Shown: piece by piece, positions 39,714 through 52,227 of the stretch
Numbering within the stretch: position 1 is the stretch's first letter
Layout of the letters: the number at the start of each line of letters is the position of its first letter
DNA from: Lobosporangium transversale
Taxonomy: Eukaryota
Reading direction: 5' to 3'
Length of the DNA: 64,000 nt
Assembly (NCBI RefSeq): GCF_002105155.1
Contig: NW_019028981.1
Location: 1,302,001 to 1,366,000 of the forward strand
Notes under the pieces: model-generated
Told to the model about the DNA's origin: nothing
The model's input: only the letters and a program-made list of their open reading frames with translations
Databases searched by the model: none
Program-made: the position numbers and the translations under genes

Positions 39714-39985
39714 ATTGGCGTCAAGAACCTTTGGGACTTTACTCGGAGATAAGGTAACGATCCTCAAAGCATCAATTTACCTCAACAACAGCAGGCTACC
39801 ATCGGCCACGTGGATTTACAGCGCTACTCCTTCCTGATGCTTTGAGGGATGGGTACTCTTAACCACCAAGACGTGGTAGCTGTGTAGAAATCGCGAAAGT
39901 CGTCAGAGTTCAATTGATAAACAAAGAGTATCTATTCTATCTTCACTCCGTTAGGTCCCTGGTTAGAGTTGAGAAGGCGACACCG
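39714..39985 (+). pseudogene. Short relic resembling the N-terminus of an XPG/PIN-like nuclease gene
   Basis: (ATT)GVKNLWDFTRR*GNDP...HVDL, then in another frame LFYLH...EKAT. Resembles the MGVxxLWxF..VD..YxDG..EK pattern but has lost its start codon and contains stops. Confidence 0.35.
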
Positions 39986-40760
39986 GTGCCACCACCATCA
40001 TCAGCGCCAGCAACAACAGGGGAATGCGTATAGTCTCGGTGAGGCTCGAGGGCAGAGGGAGCCTTCGACCTAAATGCGATTAGTTAGTGCACAGGAAATA
40101 CGTAGCTCGAGAGAAGGTCTAAAGCAAGATTTCGGTGACGTAAATTGGACTCTCATTGCGCTATACTCGGGTGCATTAATGCACGGAAAAAAAAAAGCTT
40201 GTGCGTAAATGCCGATGGCGCGCAAAATGGGGGTCATGTTGTCCAACAGGATAATATACACGTATACACATCACACGGGTACCGAGTAATTAAAGCTATA
40301 AATGCGCACCCTTGGACCAGGCTTTTCTTCCTTTTCTTTTTAGTTCTTTCTGCATGACTGTGTTGTGTATCAGTGTTTTACATTTACCTATAATCATTAA
40401 AAGATGGATTCAGAATAAATCGCGCCCAAAAAATTTTTTATTTTGACTCTTTTTAATGCTCTCTGCCTTTTTTTTTTCTCTGCTCTTTCCCCCCTTTTTG
40501 ACTTTTTTATTCTGCCCGTTTCCGCGTGCTTCTTTTTTTTTTATTGCCTTTTATTGTAGCTTCCTCAAAATCACTCTCCGTCCATTGCTCCCCTGCACAA
40601 ACTAAGGGACATACACTACACCCTTTTATTTTATCTTATTTTTTATTTTTATTTTTTATTTTTTATTTTTTGTCTCTTTGTCTTCGAGCTCTTTGTCTCA
40701 TTTTCCCTTCCCCTCCCTCTCCTCCACTGCATATCCCTATTATTCTCTTCGTCTCACGTC

Positions 40761-43700
40761 ATGGCTTCCATCGGAGAGATCCTCTTGAACACCCTCTCAC
40801 AAGGTAAGCATATGGGATCCACTACATGATCTTTTTTTTTTGCCACCATGTCGCAGACATCCTTCATTGCAAAGAGCTTCTTGCTCATTTCCAAGGGACC
40901 TGCACTGCCAATCATGAATAAAGCAAAGATGTATATGTAAAAATAAAAAAAAAAGGCGTGCAATAGGAGCAACGTTCTTCAATGCTGTTTGTAATATGGC
41001 GGGAGACGTGCCAATTTAATTTTGCTACTCCAAGCTGACAAGGCTATGATGACCCTATAGACAACAAAAGCGTAATTCCATATTCGTTTACTCTTGCTCT
41101 GTCATCTGATGTTCAGATGTCCATAGAGTAAAAACGTGGCAAATGGAGAGCATCAGGTCTTTTTTTTTTACGATGGCGCTTTGTTGTTATTGTTTAATTG
41201 TTGCTGCACTATGCAGCAATCTCTTTTGTAATCCAACTGTGGATGCATACAACACCTGTGCTCTTAAAAAAGAAACTTCTCATCATTCACTGACGCATAC
41301 ATCCCACCTTCCAATCCTTTTTTTGTTTTGCCAAAATAGATCAACAGATCCGTGAAGCCGCAACCACTCAACTCGAGACAGCAGCCAGCGAAGATTTTGT
41401 ATGTCATATCGCTATTATTATCTTTTCTTTTGTTTATCTTCTTGGGTCCACGCCACTACATTCTTGCTGGCGTTGCAGCATATTTTTTTTGTGTGGTGAA
41501 CCCTTTGCATGATGTGTTGTCTTCAAGTGTGGTCTTTGAGAGGAGGATGGATTCTTCAATAGGATGTGGCAGGATGCAACAGGACCACATCTGTCGTGAT
41601 ATACGCTTGCTGCGACAACAAACTCGCCACCAACTTTCCTCATACAATATTTATTAGAAAACGTGGCATTTCAAGGACAATTCTGTGGAAGGAAATACAA
41701 TACCTGTGGAGCCATAGTTGCTTCGGGATGACAGTGTTCAATGTCGATGTAACCTTTTCTGTTATAGTCTTACCAAAAGCTAAACGCCCATAGAAATACT
41801 TGGATGGTGGCAGTATCAAATGCGATAATAGTATTAGTGTTTAATCGCGTGTAGATTTGGGCATTCAAAGTTATCGGATGAAGAGAAGGATTGAGGGGAT
41901 GAATTAGACTTTCAATGTTTAACCCCTTGAAGCGCCTGCATCTATCTTTTGATTTATTTGTGCCGTCTTGAACAAGGGAAACATGGTACCGTTAAGAGTA
42001 CAGAACAGACCAGCTGACGCTTTCTTTTTTGTTTTTATCTTCTTTCCAACTTTGTACATATGTGGGATATTACGCCGCTGAATAGAAACAATATGTGGTC
42101 ATGTTGTGCCAAGAGCTCGGCAATGAGCAAAGTCAAGCCCGTATCCCTGCTGGTTTGGCTCTCAAAAACGCATTGACAACAAGGGTAAGCCAATTGGAGA
42201 ATAGATCATGTGTGTCACTTGACTCTGTTAAAATCCTAATGCATATCCAGATAACGGTTCTTAACATTGCATTGATTTGTACATGTCAATATCTTTAGGA
42301 AGTTATTCGTCGTAATGAAATCTCTGCTCGATGGTTGGGTATTGATGAATCTACAAGAAGCCAGATCAAAACCTTGGTAAGCCTTTTTTTTTATTTTAAT
42401 TTTGTTAATCATAATTTGATGCATGACGACGTCATTTTAGCTTGTATCTAATAAATGAGCTCTCTATTGCACGTTAATAGGTCTTGACTACGCTTGGTAC
42501 TCCTGATCTTCGTGCCGGTCTTGTCGCAGCTCAAGTTGTAGCAGCCATTGCTACTATTGAACTCCCAGTTCAGCAATGGGAGGATGTTATTCGCCTTATG
42601 CTTCAGAATCTCCAGACCACTGACAACACCAATCTGAAACAATGCACCCTTCGAGCTATTGGATACATCTGCGAAACGATTGTAAGTACTAATTATATTT
42701 TGATAATACGTTTTTTTTTTATTATGTCTTTATTTTTTTTTCGAAAGAAAAACTTCTAACATGCAAAAACGTCGCTGTATCATATTTAATAGCCCCGCAA
42801 AATCCTGACATCGCAATCCAATAGCATTTTGACAGCGGTTGTTCAGGGTGCACGCAAAGATGAACCAAATGAGGCTGTTCGTTTGGCTGCCATCGGTGCC
42901 TTGTACAATTCATTGGAGTTTGTTGAGGAGAATTTCAAGAGAGAGGGCGAACGTAATTACATCATGCAAGTGGTCTGTGAGGCTACTCAGAGCCAGGATG
43001 TTCAAGTTCAAATTGCATCGTATGAGTGCTTGGTGCGCATTATGCAGCTCTATTATGAATACATGCCATATTATATGCAACAGGCCCTCTTTGGAGTAAG
43101 TTTAAATTAACACATTTAGATCTGCTGCGTTTATCCCATTAACTTTTTTTTTTTTTTTATTTTTTTTTTTTATTTTTATTTTTTATTTTATAAAGTGCTT
43201 GTTTTGATGTATCAATCGACTAACGCATCCTATGACTCTATCAAATAATTTAATTTCTAGCTTACTGTCCAGGGTATGAAGCATGAAAACGAGCGTGTTG
43301 CTCTGCAGGCTGTCGAATTCTGGTCAACCGTCTGTGAGGAGGAGATTGATTTGGAAAATGCCAAAATGGATGCTCTTGAGAATGGAGTAGTGCCTGATAC
43401 GACCAACTATTACTTTGCTAGGGCCGCCTTGTCCGAAACTTTGCCTGTTCTCTTGCAATTGATGGCCAGGCAGGATGAGGACGATGAAGAGGATGACTGG
43501 AACCTTTCTATGGCCGCAGGAACCTGTTTGTCTTTGACTGCACAGTGTGTTGGTAATATTATTGTCGCCCCTGTTATTCATTTCGTTGAAGCCAACATCA
43601 AGAGTAGCGAATGGCAGTACCGTGAAGCATCCGTCATGGCCTTTGGTTCTATCCTCGAAGGTCCAGGACATGATCTGCTGATCCCCCCTGTATCACAGGC

Positions 43701-45284
43701 GCTTCCTTTCCTGATTGAAATGATGAGGGATCCCGTGATCAAGGTCAAAGATACTACCGCTTGGGCTTTGGGACGTGTTTCACAGTCTTTAGTAGAATGT
43801 ATTAAACCCGATGTCCACCTTCACCCCCTCATTGACGCTCTCATCCGTGGATTGGGCGATTCAAACAGAATTGTCTCAAACTGCTGCTTGTCTTTGATGA
43901 ACCTAGCGGAGCAACTGGAGGGAGAACAGGGTCCTGATTCGCCTACCAGTCTCATGTCGCCATTTTTTGATAGTATCATTACAGCTTTGCTGCAGATCAC
44001 TGACCGAAATACCAACGAGGCATTCTCTCGCACCTCTGCTTACGAAGCCATTTCAATCTTGATCAGTCATAGTGCCAAGGACAACTTCCCCGCTATTTCG
44101 CAATTGACCTTGACGATCTTGGACCGCCTGGAACAGAGCATCGCTGTTCAGAATCAAATTGTTGGAGTCGATGAGCGTAACGCTCACAGTGAGTTGCAAT
44201 CCAACATTTGCAGTGTGTTGACCAACATCATTCGTCGTGTTGGAGGAGCGATTTCTCCCATGGCTGACCGTATCATGACCGCGTTGTTACAGTTGTTGAC
44301 TGCTGCTTCAAGACAATCTACTATTGTGGAAGATACATTTTTGGCTGTCGGTGCTCTGACTACTGCTTTGGAGGCTGAGTTTAGCCGCTACTTGGATTCT
44401 TTTGCCCCATTCTTGTTCACTGCCCTTCAGAATCATGAGGAGTACCAGCTGTGCTCAATTGCTGTTGGTTTGATTGGAGATATCTGCCGCGGTTTGGGTG
44501 CACAGTCAGCTTCCTATTGTGATAGCTTTATGACGACTCTTTTGCAAAACTTACAGAGCCCTGTATTGCACCGCGCTGTTAAGCCAGCCATTCTTTCATG
44601 CTTTGGAGATATTGCATTGGCTATTGAGGGTCAGTTTGCTAACTACCTTGATGTAACCATGAGTGTCCTTGCACAGGCTTGTAACATTACTGCTGGATCC
44701 GTAAGTGTATTAGAAACTCGTGTTTTATTTTATTTTTATTTTTATTTTACTTCTGATAATATTAACAATCTTTTTATTCTTTTTTTTATTTATTGCGCGC
44801 GAATATAAATAGACTGATTATGACATGATTGATTATGTGAACCAACTTCGTGAGGGTATTGTGGATGCCTATGTTGGAATCGTTCAAGGGTTGAAGAGTA
44901 GTGGACAATGTAAGTAAAAAAGATTTTAAAATCAGTGGTGAATTAAGATGTAGGGTGTTTACATACTGGCATTAACTCAACTTTGTGCGTGCTATATTTT
45001 GTAATCTAGCTGCTCTTCTGGCGCCTCATCTTCGTCATGTGTTTGAGTTCCTCTGCGCAGTCTACAATGATCCTGAGCGCTCGGATACGCTCTTGCGCAA
45101 CATGATTGGACTGATTGGTGATTTAGCGGACTCGTTCCCTGGTGGAGATATTCGTGACTTCCTTGTAGCGGAATGGATTGGTCAATGCTTAAAGGAGGGC
45201 CGCAGCAGTCGCCAACACTCTGTTACGACTAAAGAGGTTGCACGCTGGGCAAAGGAGATGGTCAAGCGTGCTACTGCCATGTAA
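40761..45284 (+). CDS. KAP95: Importin subunit beta-1
   Basis: [69 protein letters not shown] and [13 protein letters not shown]; multi-exon. Confidence 0.96.
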
Positions 45285-46082
45285 AGATTTCATCCCAAAG
45301 GAATTGCAATCACCAGAACGACCTTTTTTTTCCCGCTTTCCTTTAATCGTACGCTCGCTTTTTGTATTGCAATGATGAATTCCATCTCTTTCTTTCTTTC
45401 TTTACTACTTCACCACTGTACTTTTCCTCCTTTTCATACTCTCTCTTTCCATCACAAAAAAAAAAAAAAAAAAAAAAAAAAGATAAAAAAAGAAAAAAGA
45501 AAAAATTTATGAAGAGATGCTGATAGAGCGCATCTTTTTCCATTTTACCCCCCTTTCCCTTTTTTATCCTTTTTTTTTTCTTCAATTGTAGCAAGCTCCT
45601 TTTCCCATTTGTTCATACACACTTTCTGCTTTATTTTAGGTCGTTCTTTCGTTTCATTCCTTTCTCTTCCTTTTTTTCCTTTTATCTTTTCGTTCATTCA
45701 TTTGTTTATAGATCGACCTTTTACATTTTCTTTTCAGCAAGTATTACTTCGCCCCACTCCCATTTTCTTATTTCCCCATCTTCCCATTTTTTCTTCTCTT
45801 TCCATTCTCCCCATTTCCCTTTTCTTCCTATTTCTTTTGTTGGAAAATAAATAAAAAACGCAAAAACAAAAAGTAATCGTTCTTATTTTGGGATTGTATG
45901 GGCCCAGCGCCACCAATTGCTTCTTTTGAAATGTCGGTTGTGTGTACCTGAATTCAATCCAAACTATTTTGCAGTCACACATAAACAATGCGCTTTTTTT
46001 TTTTTTTTGTTCTTACAACTTACAAGAACATCATTTATTTATTTATTCATCTCATTTCATTATTCATCTCGGATTATTCAGC

Positions 46083-47000
46083 ATGGTTTCGTTTGTGTGT
46101 GATACTTGCCAGGAGACGGTTAAGAAGCCGAAGTTGGACCAACACTTTAACCGTTGTCCATATGCACAATTTTCTTGTATTGACTGCTCGGTTTCATTTC
46201 AAGGTACAGAGTACCGGACCCATACATCATGTATCAGTGAAGCTGAGAAGTATCAAAAGTCTTTGTACCGAGGACCCAAAAAGGTAAAATAAAAAAGAAA
46301 AACATATTTTATCGAGCATTGATGCATTGATAGTTACTCTCTTCCTAATGGTGATTGTAGAAGAAAAACAAAAACACTAATATATATACACACACTTTTA
46401 TACATATATATATAAATATATGAATGATCTATTTTTTTTTTTTTTTTTTTTTTTTCCTTGGAAATGTAGGGAGGTCATCAAAACAATGGACAAAAGAATA
46501 GCAACAACAGTAACAATAGCAACGACAAAGGAAATAACCAAAAGAGTCGATCTGAATTAACTGTTACGTCAATAACTGTGTCTACGTCATCTACTCTGAT
46601 CAAGCCCGATGGAGATGTACCGTTGTCGATAGTAGAGGAGATGAAGCAGAAGAACAAGCGTAAAGCTGAAGAGCCTGCAGAGGACGAATCGCCAGCCAAG
46701 AAGGACAAGAAGGACAAGAAGGACAAGAAGGAAAAAGAGGACGAGAAGGAGAAGGAGAAGGAAAAGAAAGAGAAGAAGGAGAAGGAGAAGAAGGAGAAGA
46801 AGGAGAAGAAGGAGAAGAAGGAGAAGGAGAATAAGAAGGAAAAGGCTGAAAAGAAAGAGGACAAGGACGGCAAGCCTGAAAAAGAAAAGAAGGAGAAGAA
46901 GGAAAAGAAGGAGAAAGAGGATAAAGCGGACAAGACTGACAAAGCGGACAAAAAGGAGAAGAAGGACAAGAAGAAGGACAAGAAGAAGGATAAGAACTAA
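46083..47000 (+). CDS. LYAR-type C2HC zinc-finger nucleolar protein with K/E/D-rich tail
   Basis: MVSFVCDTCQETVKKPKLDQH..CIDCS..HTSCISEAEKYQ in exon 1 (46083-46283). Exon 2 (from ~46471) encodes a KEK/KDK repeat tail. Confidence 0.88.
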
Positions 47001-47530
47001 AATAGACTATATATCCTCCCATAATCTGTTTTGTGCGGACTTAATAGAATTGTTTTCCATTGCATAAAAAAAATGATAGATTGTACCATGATGGGATGGC
47101 GAGGCAGGCATTCAATTTGTAAAGTGAATGATCTGTGCAGCCTTGTATATCTGTATTTGCGTGTGTGTGTGTTTTTTTACGCGTATGTCGTTTTGTGAGC
47201 AGGAAGGCTATTACATCGCACGTGCTGCACTGAACATCGCATTTACTTTCCCACGGCCCCTCATTTTTTTCCCACATCCCTCTCTCATTTTTTTACTTCT
47301 CCGCTATTTTCTATTTCATCCTTTTCTCCCCCATTCCACTCCACACTCTTCTCTTTCTTTCTCTTCTCATCATCATCTCTATTCTAGCATCTCTTCATTT
47401 GGTTGTGCAAGTGGTTCATTCCTCATCTGTACATAACAACCTCTTACCTCCTCTTCTGCTCCACTCTCCTCTCTTTTATTCCCTCTTTCCTATTTTCTCC
47501 TTCTAAACCCCTCCAATTGCTCAACGCATA

Positions 47531-49499
47531 ATGTTTGCAAGGATCCCCGCCAGAGCTGTCGCTAGGGCTATCCCCTCCAGAACACTTGCTGCCACATCCG
47601 TCAAGGTGCGTAAATATAGTTTAATAGCCCTCCCCATCTCTTTTCACTTTATAGATAATTACTCTTACCTTGCAAGCAAGCATATAGCCAACCTATTGAA
47701 TGTATATACACTTTCTTTTTATTTTATTTTTTTATTTTTATACATACAACTATTAGGCATTCGCAACATCTGCTGTGTCAAAGGATATTTCTGCTACTTC
47801 TAAGAAGGATCGAATCAAGGTCAACTTCCCTGGTGCACTTGACAGTCATTTCTCACAGAAGCTCGAGATCCGCGAGAGGATGGAGCCCATTGACACATTC
47901 CGTGTAATGGACACAGATGGAAAGGTCCTTGATCCCTCTTTGGAACCTGATGTAAGTTTTGTTTATCAATTCGATTTTTATTCTTTATTTTTTATATTAT
48001 GATTTAGAGTTTGAGACGCTATTGCAAAAAGGCCAAGAATGTGTGGGAAAAATCCGAGGCATTTTTTTGTTTTTTTTGTTTTAATGATCATTCTCTCTCT
48101 GTAGACATCATAATACCCAGACCAATTCGCTTTATATATACACATTTATACCTTTAATTCATACTAAATGATATCCTATTCTGAATACACTTTTGTTTCT
48201 TGTACATCCTGTATAACTCTCAGGTCACTGAAGAGTTTGCTATCAAGATCTACAAGGACATGTTGACCCTCAACAATGTGGACTTGATCTTGTATGAAGC
48301 CCAGCGTCAGGGACGTATCAGTTTCTACATGACCAATGCTGGAGAGGAGGCTTATATTGGAAGTGCCGCTGCTTTGGATCCTGAGGATGAAATCTTCGGA
48401 CAGGTAATAAGAATTGAACACACTTTGTAGATATTTGTTTATTCGCCTCTCCTTTTTCGCCCTGCTTCCTTTCCCCATTTTGATTTTGGCTTTTGTTTGC
48501 TTCTTTCTTTCTTTCTTTTTATTGTAGTATCGTGAAGCTGGAACATTGCTGTACCGTGGATTCACTTTGGATCAATTCATGAATCAATGTTACTCTAATG
48601 ACTTGGACCTTGGTAAAGGCAGACAGATGCCAGTTCACTTTGGATGCAAGGCTCTTCATTTCCAGACTATTTCTTCCCCCTTGGCGACTCAATTGCCTCA
48701 GGCTTCGGGCGCTGCCTATGCGATCAAGCGTTCTGGTCGTAAGAACTGTGTCATGTGCTACTTTGGAGAGGGTGCTGCCTCTGAGGGTGATTTCCATGCT
48801 GCCTTGAACATTGCGGCCACCACCTCTTGCCCCGTCATCTTTTTCTGGTAATTTTTATTTTTATTTTTATTTTTTAATTTTGTCTAATCGTTTTTTGTCC
48901 TTTCCTGACTATATCTAATCTCCTTTTATTTTCTTTATTGTATTAGCCGCAACAATGGTTTCGCCATTTCGACACCTGCAAATGAGCAGTACAAGGGTGA
49001 TGGTATTGCTAGCCGTGGTGTTGGTTACGGTATGCACACGATCCGTGTGGATGGTAACGATGTCTGGGCAGTTTATAAGGCTACACAGGAAGCTCGCAAG
49101 ATTGCAGTCGAACAACACAAGCCTGTTTTGATTGAAGCCATGACATACCGTGTGGGTCATCACTCGACCTCAGATGATTCCTCTGCTTACCGTTCCAAGA
49201 AGGAGGTTGAGGATTGGAAGCGTCATGATAACCCGATTGTGAGGATGCGTAAATGGTTGGAGAACAAGGGTTGGTGGGACGAGACCAAGGAATCGAGCCA
49301 CAAGTCATTTGCTCGGTCACAGGTCTTGAAGAGCTTTGCGGCGGCCGAGAAGCGCAAGAAGCCTCCAGTGTCAGAGATGTTTAATGATGTCTATGACAAG
49401 TTGACACCCAATTTAATCGAGCAGAAAAAGGAACTTGAAGAGTTGATCAAGAAGTATCCAGATCATTATGATACTTCCAACTATGCTCCTGAGAAGTAA
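47531..49499 (+). CDS. BCKDHA: Branched-chain 2-oxoacid dehydrogenase E1 alpha subunit, mitochondrial
   Basis: Arg/Ala-rich presequence, [35 protein letters not shown], and [12 protein letters not shown]. Confidence 0.96.
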
Positions 49500-49592
49500 A
49501 ACATTGACAAAAAGGGAAAGGTGAATGGGTGCAAATACCTGTTCAAGAGGGGAGAGAAGATCATTTATACAGCTATTTCGAATTGACTTCCA

Positions 49593-49593
<1 letters not shown>

Positions 49594-49642
<49 letters not shown>
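49594..49642. repeat. (TTA)n microsatellite
   Basis: Pure trinucleotide run between the convergent BCKDHA and TCD1 3' ends. Confidence 0.9.
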
Positions 49643-49644
<2 letters not shown>

Positions 49645-49748
49645 TGTTTCCAATAAACATTAATAGACATTCCTAAAATCCCTCACCATTGCGTTTTACA
49701 TCTTCTCTTATTTCTCTCTTTTTTTTTTTTTCTCTAGTTCTTTATTCC

Positions 49749-50454
49749 CTAACGAAGACGACTGATTTCTGCTTCTTCTCTAAACTTGGCTTCCACATAA
49801 TCGACGACCTCGTCACCATAAGCTTCTCTAAGATCAGCATCGGGGGCCAACATGTCATGTTTAACCATTTCCCCTTTGGTCATCACGACCACATTCTGTA
49901 GACTCAGAGGCTCAGTTCGTTTCCAACGACAGAGACCAACCTTGTGAGTACTCTGAGAGAGCACACTCTTACCTCGGAAGATCTCCTCTAGAACATAACC
50001 AATATCTCGACGATCCAAAGCAATGGTCTCGATGGACTTGTCTATTCTCTTTTCTCTAACAGTGAGCTCTCGATGGAGTCTTAGATAGAGGGAATCTCGT
50101 AACTTGATGGGTAAAGGATCCATGGGCCAATCTGCGAGCTTGCAGACAATAAATGTGGCCATCGACATCCCAAACATGGCCGGTAGAGGACCCAAGACCG
50201 GTAAGATACGAGAACGGAAATCGGGAAGAGCTGAATATTCATCTGCTTCTTGAGCCTGTGTCTCATCTAAGGGGAGGAGTCTCACATGATGGGGCTTTTC
50301 AGTCGAATAGACCACCTCGATTCCAGTATCGACCCCCATTTTCTTGATCCTGCGACGTACAGCTCTTGCAAGCGGATCCTCTAGTAAAAGAAATGTATAT
50401 ATTCATATATATAAGAAAAGGGATTCATATCATCTTAATACTTGAATACCATTC

Positions 50455-50490
<36 letters not shown>

Positions 50491-51562
50491 TTACCTAAGG
50501 TTTCAGAGATATCACTGATCTGAATACGAGAAGGATCTGCCTTTGCGCCTGCGCCCATAGAGCTGATGACGGGTAATTTATGGTCATAACAAAACTTGAG
50601 GAGGGCCAATTTGGTATTAATATTATCGATAGCATCGATCACATAATCCGGGTTTCCCGAGAGCAAGTCCTCAGCATTGTCTTCTTGAAACAAATCCACA
50701 CGAGCATCGATATCACACCAAGGTGCAATCAATTCAAACGCTCTTTTCATGGAGAGGACCTTGGGGGTGCCCACATCCCCCTGGACCGCGGTTGCATGTC
50801 GATTCAGAGATGAAAGAGAGACTTGATCGAAATCAATGAGACGGATCTTGCCAACTCCACTTCGGATCAACATATTGGCTGCCCAGCTTCCGACTCCACC
50901 TTTTTGATGGAAATTATTATTATTATTATTATTATTATTCCGTGTTAGGAGGATGGAAAAGAGAAATAAATATCTTGGTCAATGATATGTTTCAACTCTG
51001 TATCTGGATCCATGCACATTTTCGCTTTCATTTTTTTTTCTTTTCTTTTACCTGCGCCAACAATGATGACAAAAGAATTGCGCAACTTTTCAATCCCGTC
51101 CTTTCCCAGGAATGCAAGATTATTTGAAAGTTGTTCCTTAATCAGATCTTCATCCATTAGGCCTTGTTGGGATAATCTATCCCTCAATTGCTGTTGTTGT
51201 CGTTGTTGTTGTTGTGATGAGGACATTTCTTTTCCTGTTCCTCCTGTTGTTGTTGTAGTATTTTCCTGACGATGATAAGAAGATGAGAAATAGGTCGAGG
51301 ACCTCATAAAGGAACCCTCCTCATTCTCGTTATCATGACCGTGAAATGCCGGGGGTGGAGGGATTGATTTCCGAAGTTCGTCTTTTAGTTGTCGAACACG
51401 ACGTTTCTGTTGAGATCCTTGAACACCCAAGATGATGCTTGCGGTGGTGAAAGAGGCTGCAGCCGCTACAAGAGCAAACTTGGTAGCTTGAGAATTGAGA
51501 ATAGTTCCTGAAGAGGCTGAAAGTTTCTCTAGAAACGAAGACGACGCCGACGTTGACGACAT
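49749..51562 (-). CDS. TCD1: tRNA threonylcarbamoyladenosine dehydratase (ThiF/E1-like, Tcd1/Tcd2/TcdA)
   Basis: N-terminal TM, LIKEQL..N..FLG, VGAGGVGSW, IDFDQVSLSSLNRH, DAIDNINTK, SSMGAGAKADP, DPLARAVRR and VVYSTEKP; 3 exons. Confidence 0.92.
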
Positions 51563-52227
51563 TCTTTTCTTTTCTTTTTTCTTTTTCTTTTTCTTTTTTT
51601 TTTGTTTGTTCGTTTGTTTGTTTGTTGTCGTTGGTTTTGGTGTTTCCTTCTTTCCTTTCCTGTTTATTCCTTGAGTTTATTTCAAGTCAAGAAACGGAAA
51701 AAACAAGAAAAAAAAAATACAACTTTTGTTGCTTGTTTTTTTGTTGTTGAGAGAGAATGAATGAATGGTCAATGAATGAAAAAGAAGAACTGGCTGGTCT
51801 GCTATAACGAGTTGTAATGGATCACAGTCACATCATTAACATTCGTTGTTTACGCATGTTCACCCGAAATAAAGTTTCGTGGAATGCCCTTCCCTTTTTT
51901 CATAAGCGCGCCACATGTGCCTGCTTGAACAAACCACTTGAATATGAAGACAAAAAAAAAAAAAAAAGAGTATTTTTATTGGAATGTGCTTTGCAGGTAT
52001 GAATGTCGTTGAGGTCGCGTTGGAAACGTGGTATATCCAGATCCACCGCCCAAAGTGCTATCCATCAAGATGTATCAATGTAAAAGAGACATACTCAAAG
52101 TGAAAGAACATGCGTAAATAAAGAGACGATTGCGATTCTTCATAAAATGCAAGTGTTGGTCCAAAGGAGGACGTTTAAAAAATATTTAATCTGCCATTGA
52201 AATCCTAAAAAACCATGAAAAATCATG

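Noticed and set aside
46478..47022. Antisense ORFs rich in F/S/P
   Set aside because: Shadows of the purine-rich K/E/D repeat on the + strand.
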